Shown: positions 25,946 through 35,933 of the stretch, in pieces | How positions within the stretch are numbered: position 1 is the stretch's first letter | Layout: every line of letters begins with the position of its first letter | Source of the DNA: a virus | Lineage: Duplodnaviria; Caudoviricetes | Length of the DNA: 57,957 nucleotides | Reading direction: 5' to 3' (one strand) | Virus record (IMG/VR): IMGVR_UViG_3300041583_000163 | Span: 1 to 57,957 of that record | The notes under the pieces: model-generated | Told to the model about the DNA's origin: nothing | Seen by the model: only the letters and a program-made list of their open reading frames with translations | The model's database searches: none | Translations under genes and position numbers: made by a program

Positions 25946-26146
25946 TCAGCTGTCACGGTCGAGGTCTTGCGCCTCTAGGGCGCAGCGTATGCACTGCTCG
26001 TCTGACGCATCCCACCCGGGGGCGGTGTACACGCCCTCAAAGACGAACCCGCCCTCGTGTGTCCGTTTTCGGTAGAGGGTGAACGTGGTGCGGCGCCCGT
26101 TCATACTCACGTTGCGCCTCCCCACTACTCGGAAGTTCTCGGTCAT
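25946..26146 (-). CDS. Hypothetical protein
   Basis: 66 aa; ATGA coupling, GAGG SD. Confidence 0.6.
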   Translation of the reverse strand: MTENFRVVGRRNVSMNGRRTTFTLYRKRTHEGGFVFEGVYTAPGWDASDEQCIRCALEAQDLDRDS

Positions 26147-26400
26147 GGCTCGACCTCCCCATAGGCGCTGGGGATCTCACGCCCGCTGTGGGCGCAGATG
26201 CGGGGCGGGCCTTCCCAATGAATAAACACTGCGACAGCGATCCAGTCGCGCCCCGTCTCGCGACGGATCAGGCGGTAGTGCTCTCGGGCGGCCTGGGCGT
26301 CTATCACCTCGCCGTCCAGCATCATTAGGGCGCACTGATACACGCCGGGCCATGCGTAGCCCCCGGACCTGATGAAGTCTTTGAGGTCCGCTTTTTTCAT
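26143..26400 (-). CDS. Conserved hypothetical phage protein
   Basis: YAWPG.Y...DG......A...I.WE....C.H....I.SAYG; ATG 26400 with GGAGG SD. Confidence 0.7.
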   Translation of the reverse strand: MKKADLKDFIRSGGYAWPGVYQCALMMLDGEVIDAQAAREHYRLIRRETGRDWIAVAVFIHWEGPPRICAHSGREIPSAYGEVEP

Positions 26401-26552
26401 TGCGCTGCCTCCAACTGGCGGGCCAGCCGGTACAGGCTCGGGGGTACGCCTCTCAGGGCGCAATACCGCTTCGCGGCGTAGTCACCCCACACCTTGCGTT
26501 CTTGCGCGGCTCTGACGGCGTGGTAGGCCTCTGGGGTACGTGTTGTGGTCAT
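26397..26552 (-). CDS. 51-aa hypothetical protein
   Basis: WG.YAA.RY....GV...LY.LARQLE; AAGGA SD. Confidence 0.6.
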   Translation of the reverse strand: MTTTRTPEAYHAVRAAQERKVWGDYAAKRYCALRGVPPSLYRLARQLEAAQ

Positions 26553-26687
26553 GAGGTTTCCTTGTTCGTGCCGAACTGGCACACCGTAGGCGTGTTGGTG
26601 CCTATGGTGTGCCCCCTGTTGCCAAGGAGCATTCGTTCTCGGGGTGTCTTTTGACACTGGTTGTGGCGCAGTGGCGCCTTGTTGTGT

Positions 26688-27386
26688 CGGAACCGCGCGG
26701 CAAACCACGCGGTTCCGCTCTGAGGTTATGCATAACTTGCATAACACTATGCTTGCTGACTGATTCTCAAATGCCAGAACTGCCGCACACGTAGTCGTGA
26801 TGTTCGTTTGAGACTGTCAGCACCATGCGCCAGTAACCCTAGCACTCGCGGAATTCCGGGTTTGGATATCTGTCAAGCTGTAAACATTCGCCCATAGCAA
26901 AGCGCCCGCTCGGTGTCTGTACCGCTCGGGTTTGGGATTACGTGGGGTTTTTTGATGCGTGGCGCATCGAATGATTACAGCGCCTGATAGTCAGTCCGCG
27001 CCCATGTTGGCGGGTGATAGTTCGGTGGCGCATGGCGGCGCCTTAGATGGCGCCTCATAAAGTGGAATCTGCGCAGCGTTAGAACGCGGTGAAAATAACA
27101 ACGAAAGCAAACCGGGCAAGCGTATTAAACGGTTACGGGTTTGCATTGTCCGACCCAGGCGCGCGATGCGACAGGGGGGAAATGGTATTTTCAGCGGGTG
27201 CTTCGCTGCGCAGATTTTTAAAGGGCAAGCCTAGGGGTGATGCGCTACCGAACATGGCGCGCATTGCGGCATGAGGGAAACGAATACACCGACAACATAA
27301 GGGTAAACCCTTACAAGGAGGGGCCGGAACGATACCGGGTTTCCCATGCGCAGCAAGCCACGCATGGGAAACCCCCCGCAAGGGGT
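26688..27386. ncRNA. Candidate large structured non-coding RNA or ssDNA element
   Basis: No convincing ORF; nested helices 27020-33/27240-53, 27066-78/27204-16, 27090-97/27186-93, 27107-13/27138-44, plus hairpins at 26688-26717, 26755-26821 and 27337-27374. Confidence 0.5.
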
Positions 27387-27397
27387 CTAAAGCGCCT

Positions 27398-27997
27398 TCA
27401 GAAGGGGGGCAGCGCGTCCTCTGGGGGGGTAGTAGCCTTAGAGGGCTTGGAGGGCTTGGAGGGCTTGGAGGGCTTGGAGGGCTTTGCAGCGAGCGCAGCA
27501 AGCGCAGCGTCAAGGTCAATTTTCAGCCGGGCATTCTCACTTTCCAACCGTGCAATGGTTTCCTTGGCGGTTTCCATGTCATTTGCCACCCTAGGTTTAG
27601 GGGCCACGAAAAACCCCTCAAACACAGTGAACATGGAAGACAAGGCGGCATCGTGTGCCATCTGGTCAAACTGGCATGACTTACCAGCGTAACGCTTACC
27701 CTTGCCACATTCCATGGCCAATGCCGCCCATGCGCGGCCAATTTTCCGGGCGGTACCCTTGCCCTCCTTTGCCCAACTCCACAGTGCGGGCACTAGTGTG
27801 CCATTGTGCTGCGCAGCTTCAACGAAATCATTCGAGTTGCCGCCCGACACCAGGAAGATAGAAAAACGCGGGGCAATGGCACCCCACAAACGTTCCGTCT
27901 TCTCCTGGTGCCCCTTGCTGGGGGACAGGATATCTAACGCCTGTTTGTCGCCTAGCACCAATGGGATGGTTTGGGTTTGCTTGCTTGCGTTTGTCAT
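27398..27997 (-). CDS. Hypothetical protein, first gene of the leftward arm (coiled coil plus PSK repeats)
   Basis: 199 aa; CAGG SD; (PSK)x4 encoded by 9-bp repeats. Confidence 0.65.
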   Translation of the reverse strand: MTNASKQTQTIPLVLGDKQALDILSPSKGHQEKTERLWGAIAPRFSIFLVSGGNSNDFVEAAQHNGTLVPALWSWAKEGKGTARKIGRAWAALAMECGKGKRYAGKSCQFDQMAHDAALSSMFTVFEGFFVAPKPRVANDMETAKETIARLESENARLKIDLDAALAALAAKPSKPSKPSKPSKPSKATTPPEDALPPF

Positions 27998-28346
27998 GGT
28001 GAGTTACCTGATTAGTTGATAGCGGCGCTATCGGGGTTGTGTCGAATCGACCAATGAAATGTAGCACGGCAAGCCTTATTACGTGGCGGTTTTGTCAAAC
28101 GATGGGCCGATGCGCGCCAGAACGGCCATGGGGTCGAGGGTACGGGGTGGCACCCCCCATATTTTTGACGTGGCGCCCCCGCGCGCATGTACTGTGTTTC
28201 ACAGCAACGCTCACGTAAATTGTCAAACTCCAGTCAACCCAATCCCAGAAAACGTCAGCGCACACCAAACAGCCACACCCCCCGGGGCTATCAAAAAAAT
28301 CAAGCCTAATTTCTGTCAAACCCCCAACGCCACAAAGCGCGTGACG

Positions 28347-28382
28347 AAAAAAAGCCCCCCATGCTTGCCTGCTTGGGGGGCT
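28347..28382 (-). terminator. Intrinsic terminator-like hairpin (minus strand)
   Basis: AGCCCCCC...GGGGGGCT stem preceded by an A-run on plus (U-tract on minus). Confidence 0.55.
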
Positions 28383-28507
28383 CTAAAATCCTTTGCAGGA
28401 CATCAGGAGACGCAATGACTGCCAAGCGAACTTGGCCTCACCACACCTTCAGTGTACACTGCGCACACCCCGGGGGCAACCCCATCGCTAACTCCAAGCG
28501 CTCACAC

Positions 28508-29089
28508 ATGTTCGACAGCCTCCTGGCCTTGCAGATCGAGACCGAAGACACCGCAGCCCCGCTGCTGGTGAAGGACGCCACGTCCACCCAGGTCCTAAAC
28601 GCTCTGTACAGCAGCGCCGGCACAGACAACCCATTTGCAGAGTTCGGTGCGCCCTCGGACGAAGAGATCGACATTGCCATGCACAGCAGGGACGCCCGGG
28701 CCGCGTTCACCACGCTGATCACCGAGCCCGACGACGACAAGAAGAAGCTGGCGCTAACAACCATCAAAGCGCCCGAAGCAGTCCAGCATCTAGTCGCAAG
28801 CCTCACAGCATATGACTGGGAGTTCATTGAGCAGGCCAAGGGCATCCGGGGCAAGGTAGTAGCCACCCTGCTCAACGAGTTGGAGCACCCCGACGCTCGC
28901 ATCAGGTTGAAGGCCGCACAGCTCTTGGGGCAGGTATCCGAGGTCAGCCTATTTACCACCAAGGTCGAGGTGAAGACCACAGTCACCCATGACAGCACAG
29001 AGATCGATGTCCGGGTAGCAGAGCGCCTGCAACGCCTTCTGGACAGTACCGTGGTGGTCGAGGTACTGGAGGCGCCTAGTGGAACTTAA
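28508..29089 (+). CDS. Putative terminase small subunit
   Basis: Directly upstream of and overlapping TerL; DARIRLKAAQLLG..SEV.LF pattern. Confidence 0.65.
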   Translation: MFDSLLALQIETEDTAAPLLVKDATSTQVLNALYSSAGTDNPFAEFGAPSDEEIDIAMHSRDARAAFTTLITEPDDDKKKLALTTIKAPEAVQHLVASLTAYDWEFIEQAKGIRGKVVATLLNELEHPDARIRLKAAQLLGQVSEVSLFTTKVEVKTTVTHDSTEIDVRVAERLQRLLDSTVVVEVLEAPSGT

Positions 29090-30674
29090 AGGGCTCACGC
29101 AGGCGCAGATACAGCTGCTGATCACCAGGATCCCGGACCTGCCGCTCGCCGAGAAGGTGGCGCTCCTGGAGGAGCTAGAGCAGTTTGATCTGGCCAACGC
29201 ACGCAAGGCGGCACGGGATGACTTTCTGGTCTTCTGCCACAGAGTGGACCCCGCCTTCAAGGAAGGCCCCCACCACCGCCACATGCGCCCCCTGCTCCAA
29301 GACATGGCAGGTACTTGGTCTGGCACAGAAGAGATCCCGGAACACGCCCTGCGCTTGACCGTCTCGCTGGCGCCCCGGTTTGGTAAGAGCCACTTTGTGG
29401 CCTACCTGTATGTGGCGTGGTATCTGGGGCACAACCCGAACCATCAGATCATGATGATCACGCACACCGCAGATCTGTCAGAGAGTTTCGGGAAGAAGGT
29501 CCGGGATATGATTGACAGCCCGGTGTACCAAGACATCTTCGATCGCTCGGTGCAGGTGTCCCGAGATAAAAGTGCAGCAGGAAACTGGACCACGGTGCAA
29601 GGCGGTGTGTATCTGGCGTTGGGTGTCGGTGGTAACGCTGCCGGCAAAGGCGCAGACCTGCTCGTTGCAGATGATCTGGTGTCCGAGCAGGCCGTGCTGT
29701 ACGGAAACCCGGCGGTGGCTTTTGAGACGGCGTGGACCTATATGCAGGTCGGTCCTATGCAGCGTTTGATGCCCGGAGGTCGAATGGTTTTCATTGGGAC
29801 CAGGTGGGGGAAGGCGGACCCCATTGCCAAGGCCATACAGAGCGCTCGAGACAAGCGAGGTGACGGTGCCTTGCAGTGGCATGAGGTCAACTTCCCCGCC
29901 ACCATGGAGGTTGAGCGCGAAGGCGAGATGCAGACCGTCTCCCTGTGGCCCGAGCAGTGGCCGCTCCAAGAACTGCTGGCAAAGAAGGCTGGCATGCGCC
30001 CTATGTTCTGGTCGGCGCAGTACATGCAGGACCCCACGAGCGACAACGTGGCGCTCTTAAAGCGTGAGTACTGGCAGATCTGGCCCCATGAAGACCCGCC
30101 CGAGGTGGACACCATCATTCAGGTCTGGGACACGGCGCATGAGACCAAGAACCGCAGTGACTTCAGTGCCTGCGGCACCTTTGGGGTGTTCTTCAACACC
30201 GAGACCAACCGCAACGAGATGATCCTGCTCAACGCGATCCGAGATCGCTGGGAGTTCCCAGAGCTAAAGCTGCGCGCCCGTGAGCAAGCCGCCGAGTGGA
30301 AGCCCGATCACCTGCTGATTGAGAAGAAGGCCGCAGGCGCCCCACTGATCCAAGAGCTTCGCAGGATGGACCTGTTTGTTGAGGAGTACTCTCCCAGCCG
30401 AGGCAAGGTCGGACACAGCAACGACAAGTACGCCCGCGTCAACTCGATCACGCCAATCTTTGAGGACGGCTGCGTCTGGATGCCAGACACCAAATGGGCC
30501 AGAGATGTGCGTGAGGAGTGCGCCGACTTCCCCAGCGGCGAGCACGATGACTATGTTGACGTTGTGTCCATGGCCTGCATGAGATTTCGCCAAGGCGGCT
30601 ATTTGCGTTTGTCGGACGACGCTGATGATGAGGATAATGAGCCCACCTCTCCGCGCATTGCCGCCTACTATTGA
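29079..30674 (+). CDS. terL: Terminase large subunit
   Basis: Walker A PRFGKS, Walker B LLVADD, GTRW, nuclease WDTA...IEKKAAG...HDDYVD. Confidence 0.95.
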   Translation: MELKGLTQAQIQLLITRIPDLPLAEKVALLEELEQFDLANARKAARDDFLVFCHRVDPAFKEGPHHRHMRPLLQDMAGTWSGTEEIPEHALRLTVSLAPRFGKSHFVAYLYVAWYLGHNPNHQIMMITHTADLSESFGKKVRDMIDSPVYQDIFDRSVQVSRDKSAAGNWTTVQGGVYLALGVGGNAAGKGADLLVADDLVSEQAVLYGNPAVAFETAWTYMQVGPMQRLMPGGRMVFIGTRWGKADPIAKAIQSARDKRGDGALQWHEVNFPATMEVEREGEMQTVSLWPEQWPLQELLAKKAGMRPMFWSAQYMQDPTSDNVALLKREYWQIWPHEDPPEVDTIIQVWDTAHETKNRSDFSACGTFGVFFNTETNRNEMILLNAIRDRWEFPELKLRAREQAAEWKPDHLLIEKKAAGAPLIQELRRMDLFVEEYSPSRGKVGHSNDKYARVNSITPIFEDGCVWMPDTKWARDVREECADFPSGEHDDYVDVVSMACMRFRQGGYLRLSDDADDEDNEPTSPRIAAYY

Positions 30675-30686
30675 TCAAGGATACCA

Positions 30687-33212
30687 ATGGCCACCAGTAC
30701 ATCTTTTGAGAGCAAGGTCCGTGAAGAGGACATGCTGTTTGACGACCCCAAAGAGATGCCTTCGGTGTCCATAACGCTGGAGCCCGAAGAATCCACAATG
30801 GTGGAGTTTGAGGATGGCTCCGTTGTCATTGATCTGGACCCCGAGCTTGACGACATTGAGGCGTCCGAAGACGAATTTGACGAGAACTTGGTGGGTGTGC
30901 TGCCTGCTGCTTCGGTGATGACGATCGGTCAAGACCTTTTGTCCGAGATTGATGACGACCTAAATGCTCGTCGGGACTGGGAGCGCACCTACAAGGACGG
31001 CATTGAGCTGCTGGGCCTGAAATATGAGACGCGAACAGAGCCTTGGATCGGGGCTTGCGGCATTTACCACCCCATGATTCTTGAGGCGGCGGTGCGTTTT
31101 CAGTCTGAGACCATGATGGAGACGTTCCCGGCCCACGGCCCGGTGCTGACCAAGGTGCTCGGCAAGGAAACCCGGGAGAAGCTAGCGGCTGCTGCCCGCG
31201 TTCGAGCTGACATGAACTACCAGCTGACCGAGCGCATGATCGAGTTCCGAGATGAGCATGACCGCATGCTGCTCAATCTACCAATCATCGGTTCCGCGTT
31301 CAAGAAAGTGTACTTCGACCCTACTAAGGGGCGCATGGTGTCGAAGATGATCGACGCGGACAACATGATTTTGCCCTACGGGGCCACCAATGCTCGTGCG
31401 GCCGAGCGCGTATCGCATCGCCTGCGATACACCAAGAACAAACTGAACGCTTTAATCGCCAGCGGCTTCTATGCAGAGTCCGACTTGGGCGACCCGCAGC
31501 GCATGCAGTCCGATGTACAGGAAGAAAAGGACCGTATCACAGGTATTGACGACCTGAATGATGATCGTTTCACGGTCTATGAGTGCGTGGTGCTGCTCAC
31601 GATCGACGAGGACAGCTATGCCACCGGATTGGCGCTTCCCTATGTGGTCACCATCTGCCGAGACAACGATGCGGTGCTGGGTATCCGCCGCAACTGGCGC
31701 CAAGAGGACAAATTCCAGCAAGCGCGTCAGCATTTTGTGCAGTATGACTACATTCCGGGCATGGGTGCTTACGGACTGGGCCTGATTCACCTGATTGGCG
31801 GGTATGCCAAGGCCGGAACATCCATTATTCGCCAGCTGGTCGACGCCGGCACGCTCTCGAACCTGCCGGGGGGCCTTAAATCCAAGGGTATGCGGATCAA
31901 GGGGGACGATCAGCCCATTAGGCCGGGAGAATTCCGAGATGTAGACGTGGGCTCGGGCACCGTGCGGGACAACATCATCCCGCTGCCGTACAAAGAGCCC
32001 AGCACTGTCTTGCACATGCTGCTGAAAGACCTGATTGAGGAAGGTCGCCGTCTGCCCGGCATGGCAGACATGAAGATCAGTGATATGTCGTCTCAGGCCC
32101 CTGTGGGCACCACGCTGGCCTTGATTGAGCGCCAGCTGAAGGTGATGTCGGCAGTGCAGGCCCGCACGCACAACAGCCTGAAGGAAGAGTTCAAGCTGAT
32201 CAAGCAAGGTGTGTCAGACAACGACGAGTCCCCGTATGACTACGAGCCGGCTTCAGGCAAGAAAGGCGACCGAGCCGCCGATTACGCACTGGTGGATGTG
32301 GTCCCCGTAAGCGATCCCAACGCGGCCACGATGACGCAGCGGTTGATTCAGTATCAGGCCGCGATCCAGCTATCACAGTCCGCACCCCAGCTGTACGACT
32401 TGGCCCTGCTGCACCGAGACATGCTGGAGACCATCGGTTTCAAGAACGCTGCCAAGCTGGTGCCTCTGAAAGAGGACATCAACCCCATGGACCCAGTGGT
32501 GGAGAACATGCGCGTGCTTCGCGGCGACCCGATCAAGGCGTTTTTGTACCAGGACCACGCCGCACACATGCAAGTGCACCAAGCTGCGATGCAAGACCCC
32601 GTGATGCAGCAAACCATGGGACAGAACCCGAAGGCGCAGATGATGATGGGCGCTATGCAGGCGCACCTTGCTGAGCACATGGGGTTCATGTATCGCCAAG
32701 AGATCGAGGCCGAGCTGGGCGTGGTGCTGCCGCCAGAGGACGAAGAGATGCCGCCAGACATCGAGGCTGCGGTGTCTAAGCTCATGGCCCGCGCCGCTAT
32801 GCGGCTCCTACAGCGCAAGCAAGCCCAGGCGCAAGCGCAGCAAGCGCAGCAGGCCCAGCAAGATCCCGTTGTCCAGATCCAGATGCGCGATGCCGACCGC
32901 AAAGACAAGCTGGCCGAATCCACAATGGCCAAAACGCAAGCCGACATCGCAGACATGGCCAACAGGAGCGGGCAAGAAACCGCCCGCAAGGACATGCTGG
33001 CCAAGGCAACTGTGGCCAAAACGCAAGCGGACATCGCAAACATGGCCGACAAGAGCGAGCGAGAAGACAAAAAGCTGGCGTTGGATGCGGGTCGCAGCGT
33101 GGATGAAATTGGCCTGCAAGAGCAAGCCCAGATGGCGCAGCAAGACAGAGATGCCGCCGCGCAGCTGATGCAGCGGATGCAGCAGCAGAACGCTGATGGG
33201 CGTGGCCGATGA
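30687..33212 (+). CDS. Portal protein (P22-like, long Gln-rich barrel)
   Basis: 841 aa after TerL; GSAFKKVYFD, YGLGLIHLIGG, DAGTLSNLPGG. Confidence 0.9.
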   Translation: MATSTSFESKVREEDMLFDDPKEMPSVSITLEPEESTMVEFEDGSVVIDLDPELDDIEASEDEFDENLVGVLPAASVMTIGQDLLSEIDDDLNARRDWERTYKDGIELLGLKYETRTEPWIGACGIYHPMILEAAVRFQSETMMETFPAHGPVLTKVLGKETREKLAAAARVRADMNYQLTERMIEFRDEHDRMLLNLPIIGSAFKKVYFDPTKGRMVSKMIDADNMILPYGATNARAAERVSHRLRYTKNKLNALIASGFYAESDLGDPQRMQSDVQEEKDRITGIDDLNDDRFTVYECVVLLTIDEDSYATGLALPYVVTICRDNDAVLGIRRNWRQEDKFQQARQHFVQYDYIPGMGAYGLGLIHLIGGYAKAGTSIIRQLVDAGTLSNLPGGLKSKGMRIKGDDQPIRPGEFRDVDVGSGTVRDNIIPLPYKEPSTVLHMLLKDLIEEGRRLPGMADMKISDMSSQAPVGTTLALIERQLKVMSAVQARTHNSLKEEFKLIKQGVSDNDESPYDYEPASGKKGDRAADYALVDVVPVSDPNAATMTQRLIQYQAAIQLSQSAPQLYDLALLHRDMLETIGFKNAAKLVPLKEDINPMDPVVENMRVLRGDPIKAFLYQDHAAHMQVHQAAMQDPVMQQTMGQNPKAQMMMGAMQAHLAEHMGFMYRQEIEAELGVVLPPEDEEMPPDIEAAVSKLMARAAMRLLQRKQAQAQAQQAQQAQQDPVVQIQMRDADRKDKLAESTMAKTQADIADMANRSGQETARKDMLAKATVAKTQADIANMADKSEREDKKLALDAGRSVDEIGLQEQAQMAQQDRDAAAQLMQRMQQQNADGRGR

Positions 33213-33409
33213 TTGACGACTTCGCCGAATACGTGGTGAAACTACTTGATGAGGAGCGCGCCTCGCGCGTTCACTCGTTACTCATGGGCGGCGCAGACCT
33301 TGCCGCCTACAAATACGGTTGCGGTGAGATTCACGGCCTAGACATCGCAATCGCTCACATTAAGGCTGTGCAAAAGAAAGCTGAGGACGTCAATGACGCA
33401 GATGATTGA
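33209..33409 (+). CDS. Small head-module protein
   Basis: Y...CGEI.GL motif; coupled to the portal gene. Confidence 0.7.
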   Translation: MIDDFAEYVVKLLDEERASRVHSLLMGGADLAAYKYGCGEIHGLDIAIAHIKAVQKKAEDVNDADD

Positions 33410-33857
33410 AACGCTAGAGCGCCCGGGACTTATATTGCCCAGAGGTGTGTTACCCGTACCTACTGTGAAGGAGGTATCAGACGAGGAGTTCGAGAATGCG
33501 CCGGCCGAGCAACGTGGGCGGCAGATCCCAGAGCCTTGCGGCTACAAGATCCTGTGCGCAATTCCCGATGCGGGCGACACCTTTGAGAACTCCAACATTG
33601 TCAAAGCCGACATGGTTCGCAAGAACGAGGAGATTGGCACCACCGTGCTCTTTGTGGCCAAGGTAGGACCGCTGGCATACCTCGATGAAGCCAAGTTCCC
33701 TACAGGGCCTTGGTGCAAGGAGGGTGACTTCATTCTTGTGCGTACCTATACCGGCACGCGTTTCAAAATCCGTGGCACCGAATGGCGGCTGATCAGTGAT
33801 GATCAGGTTGAAGCCGTGGTGCTTGATCCGCGCGGTATCACCCGCGCAGCAGCATAA
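33393..33857 (+). CDS. GroES-like co-chaperonin
   Basis: P.GYKIL...V.KVGP.AY...WCKEGDFI....Y.GTR..I.G.E.RLI.DD.V.AVV. Confidence 0.8.
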   Translation: MTQMIETLERPGLILPRGVLPVPTVKEVSDEEFENAPAEQRGRQIPEPCGYKILCAIPDAGDTFENSNIVKADMVRKNEEIGTTVLFVAKVGPLAYLDEAKFPTGPWCKEGDFILVRTYTGTRFKIRGTEWRLISDDQVEAVVLDPRGITRAAA

Positions 33858-33866
33858 GGAGACAAG

Positions 33867-34856
33867 ATGCCTGGAAAAGAAAAAGTGGGTTTCCCACACG
33901 AAGAGTTCGATCGTGACTTTGACGTCATTGACAACATTGAGGAGCCGAAAGACGTTGTCGTCGATCTGCTGGAGAACCGTGACGAGTTTGAAGTCAACGT
34001 GGTTGACGACACCCCGGAAGCGGACAAGCGCGCCCGCCCGTTGCAACGCGACGTACCGGAGCCGACCGACGACGAGATGGCCAACTACGGCCAGAAGGCC
34101 CGAGCCCGCATTGGTGAGCTGACCCACGCCCGTCACGATGAGCGTCGCAAGCGCGAAGCGCTGGAGCGCGAGCACAACGCGGTTCTTGAGCACACCCGCA
34201 TGTTGCATCAGGAAAATCTGAACCTGCGCAAGGCATACACCGACGGCTCGGCCGAGTACTCCAAGATGAGCACTGCTTCTGCTGAAGCAGAGGTGGCATC
34301 GGCCCGGGCAAAGTTGCTTACGGCCAATCAGACGCTCGACCCCGATGAGGTCACGGCGGCACAGGAGGCGCTGTATGACGCCAAGCTCAAGCTAAGCAGC
34401 GCAAAGGAATTCCGAGCACCTACGGTTGCGCAAAGCCCAAATGTGGTACAAACGCAGCAACAGACGCAAACGGAAGCGCTGGACCCGAAAACAAAAGCCT
34501 GGATGGCTGAGAACTCGTGGTTCACCAATCCCCGACACGTCGCCGAAACCAGCTACGCACTAGGGCTGCATCAAGAAATCGTGCAAGACGGGCGTCATGC
34601 GTCCGGCAGTGATGGGTATTACGAGCAGATCAATGCTCGCATGAAGCAACGGTTTCCAGAGCTTTACTCCTCGAACGACACCGCAGGTAATGAGCCAGCG
34701 ACTCGCCGCAAAGCAGCCTCACCGGTTGCCGCCGTCGAGCGCACACAGTCAGGCAAGCGCCGAGTCACCTTGACCCAGTCGCAAGTCAATCTGTGTAAAA
34801 GGCTAAACATCACCCCGCAGCAATACGCTGCACAGTTGTTCGGAAAAGGAGAATGA
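33867..34856 (+). CDS. Putative capsid scaffolding protein
   Basis: Acidic coiled coil; W...NSWF and V.LT.SQV.LCKRL.IT..QYA end. Confidence 0.7.
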   Translation: MPGKEKVGFPHEEFDRDFDVIDNIEEPKDVVVDLLENRDEFEVNVVDDTPEADKRARPLQRDVPEPTDDEMANYGQKARARIGELTHARHDERRKREALEREHNAVLEHTRMLHQENLNLRKAYTDGSAEYSKMSTASAEAEVASARAKLLTANQTLDPDEVTAAQEALYDAKLKLSSAKEFRAPTVAQSPNVVQTQQQTQTEALDPKTKAWMAENSWFTNPRHVAETSYALGLHQEIVQDGRHASGSDGYYEQINARMKQRFPELYSSNDTAGNEPATRRKAASPVAAVERTQSGKRRVTLTQSQVNLCKRLNITPQQYAAQLFGKGE

Positions 34857-35302
34857 GCATGGTTACACGAAGCACCCGCGAACAAGAGGTTCGCGCATCA
34901 GACGAGCGAATTGATTACGCTCCACCAGATCAACTTCCCGTTCCCCAGGCAGAGCCCGGCTGGAGCTTCCGATGGGTTGCCACTCACGTGCTGGGTGACG
35001 CCAACGGTCGCAACGTGTCGCAGCGGTTCCGTGAGGGCTGGGTTCCAGTCAGGGCTGAAGACTACCCCGAGTTGCTACACCTCAAAGACAAGGATGGCAA
35101 CGTCGAAGTGGGTGGCCTGATGCTCTGCAAGAACGCAGAGGAAAAAGTGATTTCTCGACGTCGGTACTACGCAAACAAAAGCGCGCAGCAGATGTCGAGC
35201 GTGGACGAGCAGTACATGTCTCAAAACAGCGCCCTTATGCCCAAGTTCAGCAAGGTTAAAACCAGCGTGACCAAGGGCCGGGGTTTCGGAAATGGTTCTT
35301 AA
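34853..35302 (+). CDS. Conserved head-module protein
   Basis: GWSFRWV...REGWVPV...VGGLMLCK. Confidence 0.75.
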   Translation: MSMVTRSTREQEVRASDERIDYAPPDQLPVPQAEPGWSFRWVATHVLGDANGRNVSQRFREGWVPVRAEDYPELLHLKDKDGNVEVGGLMLCKNAEEKVISRRRYYANKSAQQMSSVDEQYMSQNSALMPKFSKVKTSVTKGRGFGNGS

Positions 35303-35316
35303 ACTAGGAGTTCAGT

Positions 35317-35922
35317 ATGGCTAAAACTTCAGCCCCCTACGGCCTCAAGCCAATTCGTCGTGCCGATGGCATTTCTTACGCAGGTGCTGTTGAGCAGTAT
35401 CTGATTGACCCTGCCGGTGAAGCTACCAACCTCTTTACGGGGCAAGTGGTCACCATTGGTGCGGACGGCTTCATTGCCCTGGCTACCACTACCGGTGCAG
35501 ATGGCAGTGGAAACAACTTCCCTGTCGGCACCATTGGGGTCTTTATGGGCTGTGAGTACATCAATGCTCAGGGGCAGTTGATCAATGCACCCAACTACCC
35601 ATCGGGCTATGCAGCTCCAACCGGTACGCAGATCAAGGCTTTCGTGGTCAATGATCCTAACGTGCTCTTTCAGGCCCAGATGGACGGGGTGATTGACCAG
35701 TCGGATATTGGCGCCAACACCTTCTTCGCGGCTGCGCAGTCGACCTCGACGGGCACCGTTCGTACCGGCAACTCCACCAGCGCCATTGAGTCGACCACCG
35801 TTACTACTGCTGCGGCCTTCCGTATCGTGGCTGCAGTGTCTCCAATTGGTGACGCCTTCCCCGACGTGTTGATCAAGTTCAACCCCGGTTTCCATAGTTT
35901 CACCAACGCCGTCGGCATCTAA
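35317..35922 (+). CDS. Putative capsid decoration/minor capsid protein
   Basis: Immediately upstream of the capsid gene; strong SD; A/G/T-rich. Confidence 0.65.
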   Translation: MAKTSAPYGLKPIRRADGISYAGAVEQYLIDPAGEATNLFTGQVVTIGADGFIALATTTGADGSGNNFPVGTIGVFMGCEYINAQGQLINAPNYPSGYAAPTGTQIKAFVVNDPNVLFQAQMDGVIDQSDIGANTFFAAAQSTSTGTVRTGNSTSAIESTTVTTAAAFRIVAAVSPIGDAFPDVLIKFNPGFHSFTNAVGI

Positions 35923-35933
35923 GGAGTCACACC

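Noticed and set aside
27089-27692. ORFs overlapping the structured region
   Set aside because: They have no convincing SD or motif and partly overlap gene 27398-27997. The base-pairing pattern explains the region better.
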